IMG/VR virus record: IMGVR_UViG_3300024272_002379
Direction: 5' to 3' (one strand)
Source of the DNA: a virus
Lineage: Duplodnaviria > Caudoviricetes
Length of the DNA: 64,000 bases
Part shown: one piece after another, positions 8,618 to 18,278 of the stretch
Numbering within the stretch: the first letter of the stretch is position 1
Layout: each line of letters starts with the position of its first letter
Position numbers and translations under genes: made by a program
The notes under the pieces: generated by a model
Databases searched by the model: none
Seen by the model: only the letters and a program-made list of their open reading frames with translations
Told to the model about the DNA's origin: nothing

Positions 8618-9010
8618 TTATTTTTGTAATGAATTGTCAATGTCTTTAATTGCGTTCATCACTTCTTCACTGACAATCATTTCAAAGTTCTTACGTTTAA
8701 TCATTTTATCTCTATCTGCATATGTATGACTGCAAATTGGAATGTTGCATGTCTGACAAGCTACATACAAATGACTAGCTTTTGCTCTGCACTTATCACA
8801 GATAGGACATGGGTCATAACGTGGACATGATTTGAATTTAGGTTCTCCTGCTTCAAACATATCTCTATTGCGTCTTCCTAATTTATTGTTTTTATCAAGA
8901 GCTCTTCTAAGTTTCTGTTCATCCATTTTTGGAAGACCTGTTAATGGGTCAACCTGATTATCCGACTTAGCCATCTCGTAAAGACCCTGTATAAAGTTGT
9001 TATTTGCCAT
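8618..9010 (-). CDS. Cys-rich hypothetical (zinc-finger-like) protein
   Basis: CPRYDPCPICDKC...H...CQTC...CSH. Confidence 0.7.
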   Translation of the reverse strand: MANNNFIQGLYEMAKSDNQVDPLTGLPKMDEQKLRRALDKNNKLGRRNRDMFEAGEPKFKSCPRYDPCPICDKCRAKASHLYVACQTCNIPICSHTYADRDKMIKRKNFEMIVSEEVMNAIKDIDNSLQK

Positions 9011-9524
9011 GAGTTTTCTCCTTTGCTGCTATGTAGTCTTCTCTAAATAACTCGTATATCTTTTTGTCGTAATAATTTCCGTCCATTAATTTATAATGCT
9101 TTGTCTTTATACCAATAATTTTACCACCATACAGGGTAATTAGTCTATCATAATTTTTTTCAATTGGATTTCCAACTATTACAAAAAACTCCATTTTTCG
9201 TATATTGAACTTGCAAAAGATATCGTCAATGACTTTAGCTAAGTCTTTAGCAAATACAATTTTATTATTAGAGAAGTTAATGGCTCCAAAATTATTCACC
9301 AAATCATCTTCACGATTTATACTGTATGTAATTAAACCTAATAAATTACCATCACGGTCTAATGATACGAACTGTCTACAATTCCAATCTCCATCATTAG
9401 GAGATGGTGTTTGATATAATTCGTGATAAGGTGATGCATGATAATACATGTATTTTTCATCATACCATGTATCAAGCATGTTTAATCTAATTTGTTCTTC
9501 GTGTTTATAAGCTAAATCTAACAT
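9000..9524 (-). CDS. GNAT (RimJ/RimL-like) acetyltransferase
   Basis: F.KFN.RKMEF.V..GN......Y..L....GG..IG....H....DG.YYD...YE pattern typical of Acetyltransf_3 proteins. Confidence 0.7.
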   Translation of the reverse strand: MLDLAYKHEEQIRLNMLDTWYDEKYMYYHASPYHELYQTPSPNDGDWNCRQFVSLDRDGNLLGLITYSINREDDLVNNFGAINFSNNKIVFAKDLAKVIDDIFCKFNIRKMEFFVIVGNPIEKNYDRLITLYGGKIIGIKTKHYKLMDGNYYDKKIYELFREDYIAAKEKTHGK

Positions 9525-9533
9525 GTGTACCTC

Positions 9534-10028
9534 CTAAAACATCTCAGAAAGCGTTAATTGCCCGTTTTCCAATGTCTTTTTGATATCAATGATTCGTTGG
9601 TTACTTGAACCTCTAAATCGCTTATTCGGGCTTTTATGAGCTTCTACAAACTCACCATCTACAAGTATGTCAATATACTTTACGATTTCAAGTTGTGCTT
9701 CGTCGAGGTCTTCATATTTATATCCAGTCCACATCCATATGGTTTTATCTGGATACATTTCTTTTATTGACTTTACAAGGTCTAACATATCTTTACCTTG
9801 TTGTAGAGGTTCTCCACCTAATATGGAGAACCCTACAATCTTTTTCGGCTTACCTAGCTCTAAAAATTGTTCTTTAATTCTTTGATTGAATATCTGACCA
9901 CCATTAAAATCCCATGTTTCAGGATTGAAACAATTTGGACAATGCCGTGAGCAACCTTGTACCCAAATACTAACTCTAACTCCAGGACCATTTGAAATAT
10001 CTTCCTGTCTTACCTTAGCAAATCTCAT
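9534..10028 (-). CDS. nrdG: anaerobic RNR activating protein (radical SAM)
   Basis: NGPGVRVSIWVQGCSRHCPNCFN (CxxxCxxC), LGGEP, DILVDG, RGSSNQ. Confidence 0.96.
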   Translation of the reverse strand: MRFAKVRQEDISNGPGVRVSIWVQGCSRHCPNCFNPETWDFNGGQIFNQRIKEQFLELGKPKKIVGFSILGGEPLQQGKDMLDLVKSIKEMYPDKTIWMWTGYKYEDLDEAQLEIVKYIDILVDGEFVEAHKSPNKRFRGSSNQRIIDIKKTLENGQLTLSEMF

Positions 10029-10048
10029 TTTGTTTTCTCTCTTTCTGC

Positions 10049-12190
10049 TTACTCTAAAATACAATCTTTATTATCAATGTGAACGTATCTATCATTTATT
10101 TCGCTTGTACGTCCAAAGTTCCAAAAATTATCTCCAATATATCCGCAAGTTCTTCTGGCTACATTCATCTTCTCATGATTACGGTTACCGCAATTTGGAC
10201 AGTACCATTCATTATTTTCATCAAGAAGAATTTCACCTTCGAATCCGCATTCATGGCAGTAATCAAATTTACCATTCAATTCTGCATACTTGATATGGTC
10301 ATACATAAACTGCATCATCTGAATAACAACATCAATATTTTGAGATAAATTACATGTCTCTACATAAGAAACACAACCACCAGATGAGATGCTTTGGAAC
10401 TCAGATTCGAATAACATTTTGTCTTCTGCACTAATCTCTTCTTTTACATTGACATGATATGAATTAGTTACATAATCATGGTCTGTAATACCAGGGATGA
10501 TGCCAAAACGTTTCTTAAGAGATTTAGCTAATTTATATGTAGTAGATTCAAGCGGTGTTCCGTATAAACTAAATCCGATATTTGTTTCTTTTTTCCATTG
10601 GTCACATTTATCTTTCATATGATTCATGATTTGTAATGCCAATACTTTACCGTCTGGAGTTGTATGGCTTTCTCCAATAAGTGACATAACACATTCATAC
10701 AAACCAGCATAGCCAAGTGAGATACTTGAGTAACCATTGAATAACAATTCATTGAAATTGTCACCGTTTAATCTTGATAAACCGCCATGTTTCCAATGTA
10801 TAGGAGATGTGCTAAGTGGAGTATTTTTCAGTCTTTCATGACGAATCATTAATGCCTGATAACATAATGCTAATCTTTCATCTAAGATAGTCCAGAATAA
10901 GTCTAAATCTTTATCTGCTGACAATCCGACATCAACAAGGTTAATGGTTACAACGCCCTGATTAAAACGTCCATACCATTTGTATTTGCCAGTAGCAGGG
11001 TCTCTGTAAGGAGCTAAGAATGAACGACATCCCATACATGGGAATACTTCGCCATCATATTCTTTTCGCATTCTCTTAGCAGAGATAAGGTCTGGCATCA
11101 TTCTTTTAGAAATACATTCAGCAGCTAACTGTGTAATGTAATAATAATCGGAATCTGGTGTGATATTATTTTCATCTGTCACATATAACAATTTAGGAAA
11201 TGCTGGAGTGATGTAAACACCAGCTTCATTCTTCATACCAAGAATACGCTGTTTTAATACTTCTTCGATAAGCATTGCTGTTTCCTGTTCATACTCAGGA
11301 TTTTCGCTAATGTACATGAAGATACTTAAGAATGGAGCCTGTCCATTACTTGTTGAGAATGTATTAATTTGATATTGAATTGTCTGCATACCATCTTTAA
11401 TTTCTTCTCTTAAGTCTTCCATTGCATATCTATCAGCATCCTCTGGGCTAAAGCCTCTGCTTTCATACTTTTTAAGATGCTTAAAGAAACTTATTCTAAC
11501 AAACGGAGCAAGGTGAGATAAGCTGATTGTTTGTCCACCATACTGTCCGTTTGCTATCTGTTGTACAACCTGAGTAGCAATAGTACATGCAGTTCTTAAT
11601 GAATGAGGAGTCTCGATAAGTTTGCGATTGATTACAGTATTATTCTGTAACATATCTTCGAGATTTACCAAACAACAGTTATGTATATGTTCTAAGAAGT
11701 AGTCAAGGTCATGCATATGAATCATTCCTTCGTCATGTGCATGAAGAATATTTTCTGGTAAGAGATGTCTTCTTGAATAATCTTTTGAGTATTCACCAGC
11801 AATCAAATCTCTTTGGGTAGAAGCTATGTAGGCATTTTTGTTACTGTTTTCTTCGAGAGCATCTTTATTAGTACCATCGACGATACCTTCGATTTTCTTA
11901 TCTAATTCAGTATAACTTCTTTTGAATTCCTGAACTGCTCTATAAGACTCGTATGCTTTAGCTGTAAGTTTCTGTTTTTTGGAAATGAGCTTTTCAAATA
12001 CAGCAGTTTCAATTTCAAAAATCTGTATTTCATTTCTAAGACTGAACTCCTGCTCTATTTCATCAGCAATATTTTTGGCTATAACGGGTTTTACAATACC
12101 CGAACCATACTTCATAGCTTTCATAATTGCATTATAAATTTTCTCTTTATTGAATACATCATAAGCTCCATTGCGTTTTTTTACGTTCAT
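10049..12190 (-). CDS. nrdD: class III anaerobic ribonucleoside-triphosphate reductase
   Basis: N-terminal ATP cone, HNCCL, MGCRS, C-terminal CxxC/CxxC and RRTCGY glycyl-radical loop. Confidence 0.97.
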   Translation of the reverse strand: MNVKKRNGAYDVFNKEKIYNAIMKAMKYGSGIVKPVIAKNIADEIEQEFSLRNEIQIFEIETAVFEKLISKKQKLTAKAYESYRAVQEFKRSYTELDKKIEGIVDGTNKDALEENSNKNAYIASTQRDLIAGEYSKDYSRRHLLPENILHAHDEGMIHMHDLDYFLEHIHNCCLVNLEDMLQNNTVINRKLIETPHSLRTACTIATQVVQQIANGQYGGQTISLSHLAPFVRISFFKHLKKYESRGFSPEDADRYAMEDLREEIKDGMQTIQYQINTFSTSNGQAPFLSIFMYISENPEYEQETAMLIEEVLKQRILGMKNEAGVYITPAFPKLLYVTDENNITPDSDYYYITQLAAECISKRMMPDLISAKRMRKEYDGEVFPCMGCRSFLAPYRDPATGKYKWYGRFNQGVVTINLVDVGLSADKDLDLFWTILDERLALCYQALMIRHERLKNTPLSTSPIHWKHGGLSRLNGDNFNELLFNGYSSISLGYAGLYECVMSLIGESHTTPDGKVLALQIMNHMKDKCDQWKKETNIGFSLYGTPLESTTYKLAKSLKKRFGIIPGITDHDYVTNSYHVNVKEEISAEDKMLFESEFQSISSGGCVSYVETCNLSQNIDVVIQMMQFMYDHIKYAELNGKFDYCHECGFEGEILLDENNEWYCPNCGNRNHEKMNVARRTCGYIGDNFWNFGRTSEINDRYVHIDNKDCILE

Positions 12191-12205
12191 AACGATACCT
12201 ACCTT

Positions 12206-12544
12206 CTACTTTTCATTTTCATCAGAACTATAATCATAGCTCTGGTTTTCTCTTTCAATTTCCATAGCAGTCATGATACAGTAGTTTGCCATATCTAATA
12301 AAGTATCCATGATAGATTCATCACCAGCAATCATATCGGCATTCTTTTCTTTGACAAGGTTTTTCAGTCTATTGTATTTATGAGTAATCTGTGTTACTGC
12401 TGAAATAATACCAAGGTCTGCATATAATTCATGAAATGAATCTCCATATGCTGCATTTTTCTGCACCCATGTTTCATGGATTTCATCACAGATTTCCTGA
12501 TGTCTTCTGGTAATTATTTCTTGCGTAGTTGTTTTGTGGTTCAT
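12206..12544 (-). CDS. DUF1599 / nucleotide-modification-associated all-alpha NTP-pyrophosphatase-like protein
   Basis: KNAAYGDSF...K..RL...ESI.DTLLD.ANY motif. Confidence 0.85.
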   Translation of the reverse strand: MNHKTTTQEIITRRHQEICDEIHETWVQKNAAYGDSFHELYADLGIISAVTQITHKYNRLKNLVKEKNADMIAGDESIMDTLLDMANYCIMTAMEIERENQSYDYSSDENEK

Positions 12545-13248
12545 TATGCTACCTCCTCAATTACGATATCTTTCTGTATGTTGTTATTTATGTAATGGTA
12601 TACTGCATTTAGTAATTTATCTGAAAATACATATGTATCTCCGATTCTATATTCGTCACTGAATGCCGTCTTAATGGCAATTCCCGTGCTGTTTTCAGGT
12701 AATTTATTGCGAGTATTTTTCTTAATCAATGCAAACTTATTAGCATTGTATGTATTGGCATATATCTTAATGCCGAATGTATTACCAAATTGGTTACGAA
12801 CAGTTATATCGAAACCAGCCATGTCATTATCGAAAGAGTAGTAAGAAGAAGTAAGTCCTTTATCATAAAGCCAATATAGTACGTAGACCTCTTTAAGAAA
12901 TGACATGTAAGCTCTAATAAGTTTTTTATCTAATGCTTTTTCTTGAAATATGTATTGGTATCTTGGGTTATTTAATGTAAACGTCATTCCATTTGGAACG
13001 CTTTTGCACCATTGTCTTTTATATGCTTCCAAGAATTCTTGCCAACTAGGAATCCTTTTTAACTTTAAAAATAAAAGATAAAATGATTTACTCATTATCG
13101 GAACTCCGTGGTTTTTATCATCCTCTATATTCTTATCGTATATAGAGGTAAGTGAATTATAGTATTCATTATATCTTTGTTGACTAATCATCTGTATGAC
13201 ATGATGCAATTGTATATTAATCGTTCCATGTTCAATTAGTATATCCAA
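12544..13248 (-). CDS. hypothetical protein, possible PD-(D/E)xK endonuclease (TaqI-like)
   Basis: RAY.SF..E and D..GFD..V.....FGIKIY pattern; weak. Confidence 0.4.
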   Translation of the reverse strand: MDILIEHGTINIQLHHVIQMISQQRYNEYYNSLTSIYDKNIEDDKNHGVPIMSKSFYLLFLKLKRIPSWQEFLEAYKRQWCKSVPNGMTFTLNNPRYQYIFQEKALDKKLIRAYMSFLKEVYVLYWLYDKGLTSSYYSFDNDMAGFDITVRNQFGNTFGIKIYANTYNANKFALIKKNTRNKLPENSTGIAIKTAFSDEYRIGDTYVFSDKLLNAVYHYINNNIQKDIVIEEVA

Positions 13249-13625
13249 TTTATTCTTTCTCCTGTACTAATTCCACTTTCACCAAATTTTACAATCATTT
13301 GGCGAACCTTAAGATTGATATCATATTCAATTGTTCTGTCTTCGCATTTCTTAAGAAAATCTACCAGAGGCCAACTGACTCCCACAGTTGCTTGTCGTTC
13401 TGAATTGTACAAATACAGAGTATAGCATTGTGCCATAAGTTCTGTTTTTATATAATATACAGATGGGTCAGCTTGACTACATACGATATCTTCAACGAAC
13501 TTTTTTATATAATTATCAATCTGAGCTAAACCAGCAAACATCTTTGCATATCTTGGATTGTTTTTAGCCAATTGAGATAGCTGATTAAGATTCAATGTAT
13601 CTGGTTTTTTACTGATTCTACTCAT
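13236..13625 (-). CDS. hypothetical protein
   Basis: ORF with GGAAAGG RBS before ATG 13625. Confidence 0.7.
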   Translation of the reverse strand: MSRISKKPDTLNLNQLSQLAKNNPRYAKMFAGLAQIDNYIKKFVEDIVCSQADPSVYYIKTELMAQCYTLYLYNSERQATVGVSWPLVDFLKKCEDRTIEYDINLKVRQMIVKFGESGISTGERINWIY

Positions 13626-14013
13626 CGCAATCTTTCCTTTCCAATATTTTATCAACTGGCAATCCCTTATTCATTCGATAAGTAATTGTACTTCTGGGAA
13701 TCTCAGTTTCTTTTGACCATTCGCTAATGTTCATTGTTTTACCGTCATGCGTAAGATAAATGGCCGTTGGAGTTGGATTATTCTTTTTATTTTCTTCAAG
13801 AGTTACAGCCGCCTTTTCTCGTCTAAGATGTCCGCAACTTTTGATAAGACCATGCGTTACACCATATAGGGGAACCTGTATTCTTTCACCACAGCTACAT
13901 TCGCACTCTACCCATACATTTGTATTCCATGATTTATATTTATCTGTTTCTGGCTTATTAACGAACTTCTTTACTGTAAGCTCGTTAAATTGTACATCTA
14001 TTACTTGTCCCAT
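13618..14013 (-). CDS. HNH/AP2 homing-endonuclease-derived protein lacking the nuclease core
   Basis: N-terminal F..LTV...W..C.CSCG...SCG Zn module joined directly to a C-terminal DGKT..ISEW....I...TI..R...G DNA-binding module. Confidence 0.65.
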   Translation of the reverse strand: MGQVIDVQFNELTVKKFVNKPETDKYKSWNTNVWVECECSCGERIQVPLYGVTHGLIKSCGHLRREKAAVTLEENKKNNPTPTAIYLTHDGKTMNISEWSKETEIPRSTITYRMNKGLPVDKILERKDCDE

Positions 14014-14025
14014 GTTTTATAACTC

Positions 14026-15162
14026 CTAACCAAATATGATTTGTGAATATGTTTTTTGTGCTGTTGGGTCACATTCTTTCATATAAGCCATTTCGGGATA
14101 GAACTCAAAGAACGCTCTTCCTTTGTATGTACCAAATTTATTCTTTGCAAAATGCACTTCAAATATAGGTTGCTTAAATGGATTTCCTTGTTTCATGTAA
14201 AATATATCAGCTCCATCCCCTTTATAATGAACTTCATTATAAACAAGTAATACAGCTTTAGCCTCATATTTAATTTTAACAGCTTCTCTAATGTCATCAA
14301 GAATAGGTCTTCTGTTTCCGTTTAACTTTTTCAATTCTGCTGAACATATAACAACTATATTATGTTTGATAGCTAAATCTGAACACCATTGAGCCATAAA
14401 ATCATATTTTTCTTTGTCAGACATACTTGGTTTAGATGTAGTATTTAAATCATGGAAGTTATCAATACATACTACTAATTTTTTATTAATGCCATTGGCA
14501 TCAAAATAAATAAGCTTTTCTTCAATTTCTTTTTCGATGTCTTCAACGAATGTACTGAATGTAGCATCATAAGCTCTGTACTTATCTACATTTGCTCTTA
14601 AATTTAAGATGGCATTCTTTCTTCGAATAAGCATCAATGGGTAATTCATATAATTCAATGGAGTTTTAACTGCATTAATGATTAACTTACCAGAACATGC
14701 TGCTACTCTTGCTAATTTGTCTGGCATCGCATCATCTAATGAAAAGTCCATTACGTATACGTCCGAATTATTTTCTACAATTCCCCATGCTAATTGAGTA
14801 ATAAAAGCTGATTTACCAAGGTTACTGTCACCGCCTATAATTATAAACCCTGGGAACAAACCTCCCTCAAATGCTTTGTCTATACAATCAAATCCTGTTT
14901 TGATACCAACGTTCTTTGCTTGCCATGCGTTAGTCTCGAATGTATCGAGTGTATTCCACATGGCAAGCTCATAATCTTCTGTTGGTTTCTGAGGATAATT
15001 AAAGGTAATGTTGTTTGGACTTGTATTACCTATTTGTACAACACAACTGGAATCAGTATAAGCATTGTCTTGAGCAGGAATCGCTGGTCCATAAAAGTTA
15101 GGGTCATTAATCAAAATGACCTGATTAGTTTCCTGGTCATTTACTTGTATCTGATTGCTCAT
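14026..15162 (-). CDS. dnaB: DnaB-like SF4 replicative helicase
   Basis: GIKTGF..ID, Walker A GGDSNLGKS, FSLD, VVCIDNFH, RP.LDDIRE, AKNKFG. Confidence 0.88.
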   Translation of the reverse strand: MSNQIQVNDQETNQVILINDPNFYGPAIPAQDNAYTDSSCVVQIGNTSPNNITFNYPQKPTEDYELAMWNTLDTFETNAWQAKNVGIKTGFDCIDKAFEGGLFPGFIIIGGDSNLGKSAFITQLAWGIVENNSDVYVMDFSLDDAMPDKLARVAACSGKLIINAVKTPLNYMNYPLMLIRRKNAILNLRANVDKYRAYDATFSTFVEDIEKEIEEKLIYFDANGINKKLVVCIDNFHDLNTTSKPSMSDKEKYDFMAQWCSDLAIKHNIVVICSAELKKLNGNRRPILDDIREAVKIKYEAKAVLLVYNEVHYKGDGADIFYMKQGNPFKQPIFEVHFAKNKFGTYKGRAFFEFYPEMAYMKECDPTAQKTYSQIIFG

Positions 15163-15181
15163 TGTATCTTACTCCTTAATG

Positions 15182-15637
15182 TTATTTTGTACCTGTACTA
15201 CCGAAGCCACCTTCGCCTCTTTCTGTTTCTGAAAGTTCTTCCACTTCTACAAATTCAGGATGTTCAACTTCCTGGAATAATACTTGAGCAATACGCTCAC
15301 CGTCTTCAATTACTTGTGGAAGATTTGAATGATTATGTAATGCTACAAACCATTCACCACGATAGTCTGCATCAATGACACCAACTTTATTTGCAGGTGC
15401 TAAACCTTTCTTTGTAGCTAAACCACTTCTAGCATGAATTAAAGCTGCAAAGCCTGGTGTGAATTCTGTCTTAATACCTACTGATACCATTACTGTTTGA
15501 CCTGGGTTAATGGTTATCATTGGCATCTGCTCATCAGATAAACATGCATATAAATCTGCACCTGCTGCATTCATACTTCCCCATGTAGGTAATTGACTAT
15601 TTGGTTTGGTTTTTGTTACTTTGACTTGTAATAACAT
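15182..15637 (-). CDS. dut: trimeric dUTPase
   Basis: AGADL, RSGLA, GVIDADYRGE, ERIAQ and RGEGGFGSTG: all five motifs present. Confidence 0.97.
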   Translation of the reverse strand: MLLQVKVTKTKPNSQLPTWGSMNAAGADLYACLSDEQMPMITINPGQTVMVSVGIKTEFTPGFAALIHARSGLATKKGLAPANKVGVIDADYRGEWFVALHNHSNLPQVIEDGERIAQVLFQEVEHPEFVEVEELSETERGEGGFGSTGTK

Positions 15638-16664
15638 TGTTTATTCCTTCTTTCTTTTTTGATAATTTACATCTACTTTCATCACATACTGATAGTAGTT
15701 TTAAGGTACTGCATCCATATATTTTTTCGCCCATAAAAATACTTTTAATGGTCTTTTTCATTTCCTGCTGTCCTGTAGGTTTTATATTATTGTCATTCCA
15801 TTCTGAAATAAATTCTATTGTTTCATTTAAAGACTTACCAGAGTTCTTGCAGAATCCAGTTAGACATGCAATAGTTATATTTCTCTGTCCCTCGACAGCT
15901 CCGTTTTCTAATATGTACTGAATGCATGGTGGAGTAAAATCATATTTAGATTTAAATCGCTTGTCTTTTTTAGACTCCTTATCTAACATATGATACTCCT
16001 CGATAGCTCTTTGAAATTGTTTTTGAGCTATATTATTTGTTTCGTAATAAGTATTTAGTTGTAATGCTCTTGGTTGCTGAGCCAATATTTTTATCTGGTC
16101 TTCGGTTAAGTTTCTTAATTCATCTGGAGTAATCGGTATCTTATACAATTTACTTTTCTCATGCATTGTATTTGGTATTCTAAACATTCTCTTATTGTCG
16201 TATATCTGAGTGTCTACTGTTTTATTTGGTGTAAACGACTTAATAGATAATGCAATCGTCTTAAATACTCCATTCAATAAAGGCATCGGCTCAATCCCAA
16301 GTATTATAGCTGGAACAATAATATGAACTCCTTTGTTCCCGCTATAATATATTTGTACTTGTTTTTCATCTATATGATAGACGACCTTGAGATAACTTAA
16401 TGCTGTCAATGCATCTGCTCTTACACGAGCAAAATCATTTATATCATCAAAGTCTAAATACAAGTCACCATATAAATCTGATTTAACGATGTCTGTATTG
16501 CTATAACGGTATGCACTACTAAAGACACTGTATCTATTATGCTTTTCAATAAAACCACCAATTGCCCGATATGGTATATAACTGCCACGACTAAAACCTC
16601 TCTCTCCGTTTGTTTCAAATCCGAAGCCAATTTCAATTAAATAACACTCTTTTTCTGAACACAT
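15597..16664 (-). CDS. archaeo-eukaryotic-type primase with C-terminal PriCT/Fe-S-like domain
   Basis: LYLDFD, YSGNKGVH, D..IY...R.FR.PNT.H, PPCI, G.RN, GC..L...C....C. GGAGG RBS favours ATG 16664. Confidence 0.88.
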   Translation of the reverse strand: MCSEKECYLIEIGFGFETNGERGFSRGSYIPYRAIGGFIEKHNRYSVFSSAYRYSNTDIVKSDLYGDLYLDFDDINDFARVRADALTALSYLKVVYHIDEKQVQIYYSGNKGVHIIVPAIILGIEPMPLLNGVFKTIALSIKSFTPNKTVDTQIYDNKRMFRIPNTMHEKSKLYKIPITPDELRNLTEDQIKILAQQPRALQLNTYYETNNIAQKQFQRAIEEYHMLDKESKKDKRFKSKYDFTPPCIQYILENGAVEGQRNITIACLTGFCKNSGKSLNETIEFISEWNDNNIKPTGQQEMKKTIKSIFMGEKIYGCSTLKLLSVCDESRCKLSKKKEGINNVITSQSNKNQTK

Positions 16665-17280
16665 ATTCATCGCCTCCAGAGTACTTACAGTTGTTCTTGA
16701 TTTCTTCAAGATACTGTGAAGCTGTTGAACTATAAGAATCGAAATCAGCCAATGTAAATGCTTTATGTTCTGATTCGAACATACGAGATGCTCCCTCAAT
16801 CATGAATAGTAGTTTATCTAAGCCATATTTTTCTATCATGTGTTTAAATAATCCTGCCATTCTTTTGTAATTGAATTCCTGAGTATCTGCCATACCTTTC
16901 GAATAGAAATATTTCAATAAATCATCCATTGTATAACTGGCGACTGGCTCTAAGTAATATTCTACTTTCTCGCTAGTCATGGTCCCTTTGTCTATATCAT
17001 GATTGATTACAGGAAGTGAATTCATAAGCTTAAGTTCTTTGTGATAGTACATGATTCCTTGTTTTACAAGATTCCCTTCCTGTTTATTAGGCTTATCATA
17101 TCTATAATGAGGAAACATTTGCTTATTATGAAAAGCCTCTAAGATAGCCTTATGAAGTTGTTCATATGTATATCCATTATCAAGATATGTACTAAACTTA
17201 GATATAATGTATTTCTTACGGTTTATATCTGGTTCTGTTTTTTCAATCAATACGATATATGTAGCCGCCAAATCTAACAC
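16633..17280 (-). CDS. hypothetical replication-module protein
   Basis: 215-aa ORF with GTG start, between the SSAP-like gene and the primase. Confidence 0.7.
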   Translation of the reverse strand: MLDLAATYIVLIEKTEPDINRKKYIISKFSTYLDNGYTYEQLHKAILEAFHNKQMFPHYRYDKPNKQEGNLVKQGIMYYHKELKLMNSLPVINHDIDKGTMTSEKVEYYLEPVASYTMDDLLKYFYSKGMADTQEFNYKRMAGLFKHMIEKYGLDKLLFMIEGASRMFESEHKAFTLADFDSYSSTASQYLEEIKNNCKYSGGDEYVFRKRVLFN

Positions 17281-17294
17281 GGAACCCTTCTTGA

Positions 17295-18098
17295 CTAGCA
17301 GCCCGTTTTTCCCAGATTTTCAGCCCATGCTAAGAAAGATTCTACATTGCTAGGTACAATGTCCTTTTTGCTTGTCAAACTCTTGTCCCAAGTATTAACA
17401 TAGTTACCAAACATTTCGTCATTTAAGATGTCAAAGTCTTTCTTAAACTGGTTAAGTCTGTCAATCTGACGTTGAGTGAATCCTTTTAGACGTTCTTGCG
17501 GAGTGTCATAATCTGCCATATTCTGTTGTGGCTGTTGTGGAATTGGTTGAGGTACTGGCTGGTTTGGGTTTATCATACCCATTTCCTGCTGTAATTCCTG
17601 ATGACATCTGTCTGTCATAGCATCAAATGGAACTTCTGTTGATGGGTTACCTTGTGCATCTGTATAGTTATAGAACTGAGCTGCGGTATCCACCTGCTGT
17701 GGCTGTGGTTGAGTTTGTCCAACTGCTGCCATAATCTGGTCTGGTGTCATCTGTAAATTACTCGGATTAATAGATTGAGGGGCCTGAGAAGATTGACCCG
17801 ATACAGTGTTTGTAAAGCTCTTGCACGCATCTACAATAGCATGTAAATGATTTACATGGTAGTCTTTGATTTTATTAAATGCACGACCTGTATAAATCTT
17901 TCCTGGAGTATAAACTGTTACTGTTGTACATACTACTGTATTGTCCATAGCAAACTTTTCATCTGCTAATTCCCATGTCCATTGTCCATTAAAGTGCTGG
18001 TCCAATGCTGGAATAATGTTAGAACATGCCACTTCTGGCATCTTCTCTGTTTTTTGTTGCATTCCCAAATAATATTTTGTAAGTTCTACGTTGCTCAT
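17295..18098 (-). CDS. Rad52/Sak-like single-strand annealing protein (tentative)
   Basis: I.ALD..F...W.WE......VVC.V.V pattern, Q/P-rich linker and C-terminal helical domain; first gene of the replication operon. Confidence 0.45.
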   Translation of the reverse strand: MSNVELTKYYLGMQQKTEKMPEVACSNIIPALDQHFNGQWTWELADEKFAMDNTVVCTTVTVYTPGKIYTGRAFNKIKDYHVNHLHAIVDACKSFTNTVSGQSSQAPQSINPSNLQMTPDQIMAAVGQTQPQPQQVDTAAQFYNYTDAQGNPSTEVPFDAMTDRCHQELQQEMGMINPNQPVPQPIPQQPQQNMADYDTPQERLKGFTQRQIDRLNQFKKDFDILNDEMFGNYVNTWDKSLTSKKDIVPSNVESFLAWAENLGKTGC

Positions 18099-18128
18099 TT
18101 TGTTTCTCCTTTCATTCTGCGTATATCA

Positions 18129-18157
18129 ATAATACAACTTAAAAACCTAGATGTCAA
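18129..18157 (-). promoter_or_regulatory. sigmaA-type promoter of the replication operon
   Basis: Minus strand TTGACA-N17-TATTAT upstream of a GAAAGGAG RBS. Confidence 0.8.
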
Positions 18158-18163
18158 TACCAT

Positions 18164-18202
18164 AAATAGAAAAAGACTAGAATATTTCATCTAGTCTTTC
18201 TC
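18164..18202 (-). terminator. intrinsic terminator at the end of the structural operon
   Basis: Minus strand AAAGACTAGA-tgaaatat-TCTAGTCTTT followed by TTCTATTT. Confidence 0.75.
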
Positions 18203-18241
18203 GTATAAACAAAATGAGTTGTTTTGGGTTTGCTCATTTTG

Positions 18242-18270
18242 ATTATATATCATTACATTCAAATATTCAA
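18242..18270 (-). promoter_or_regulatory. sigmaA-type promoter directed at a short terminated transcript
   Basis: Minus strand TTGAAT-N17-TATAAT. Confidence 0.6.
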
Positions 18271-18278
18271 TATGTTAT

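Noticed and set aside
10049-16664. Inteins or introns in nrdD, dnaB or the primase
   Set aside because: Lengths are normal or short, motifs are contiguous, and no splice motifs were seen.
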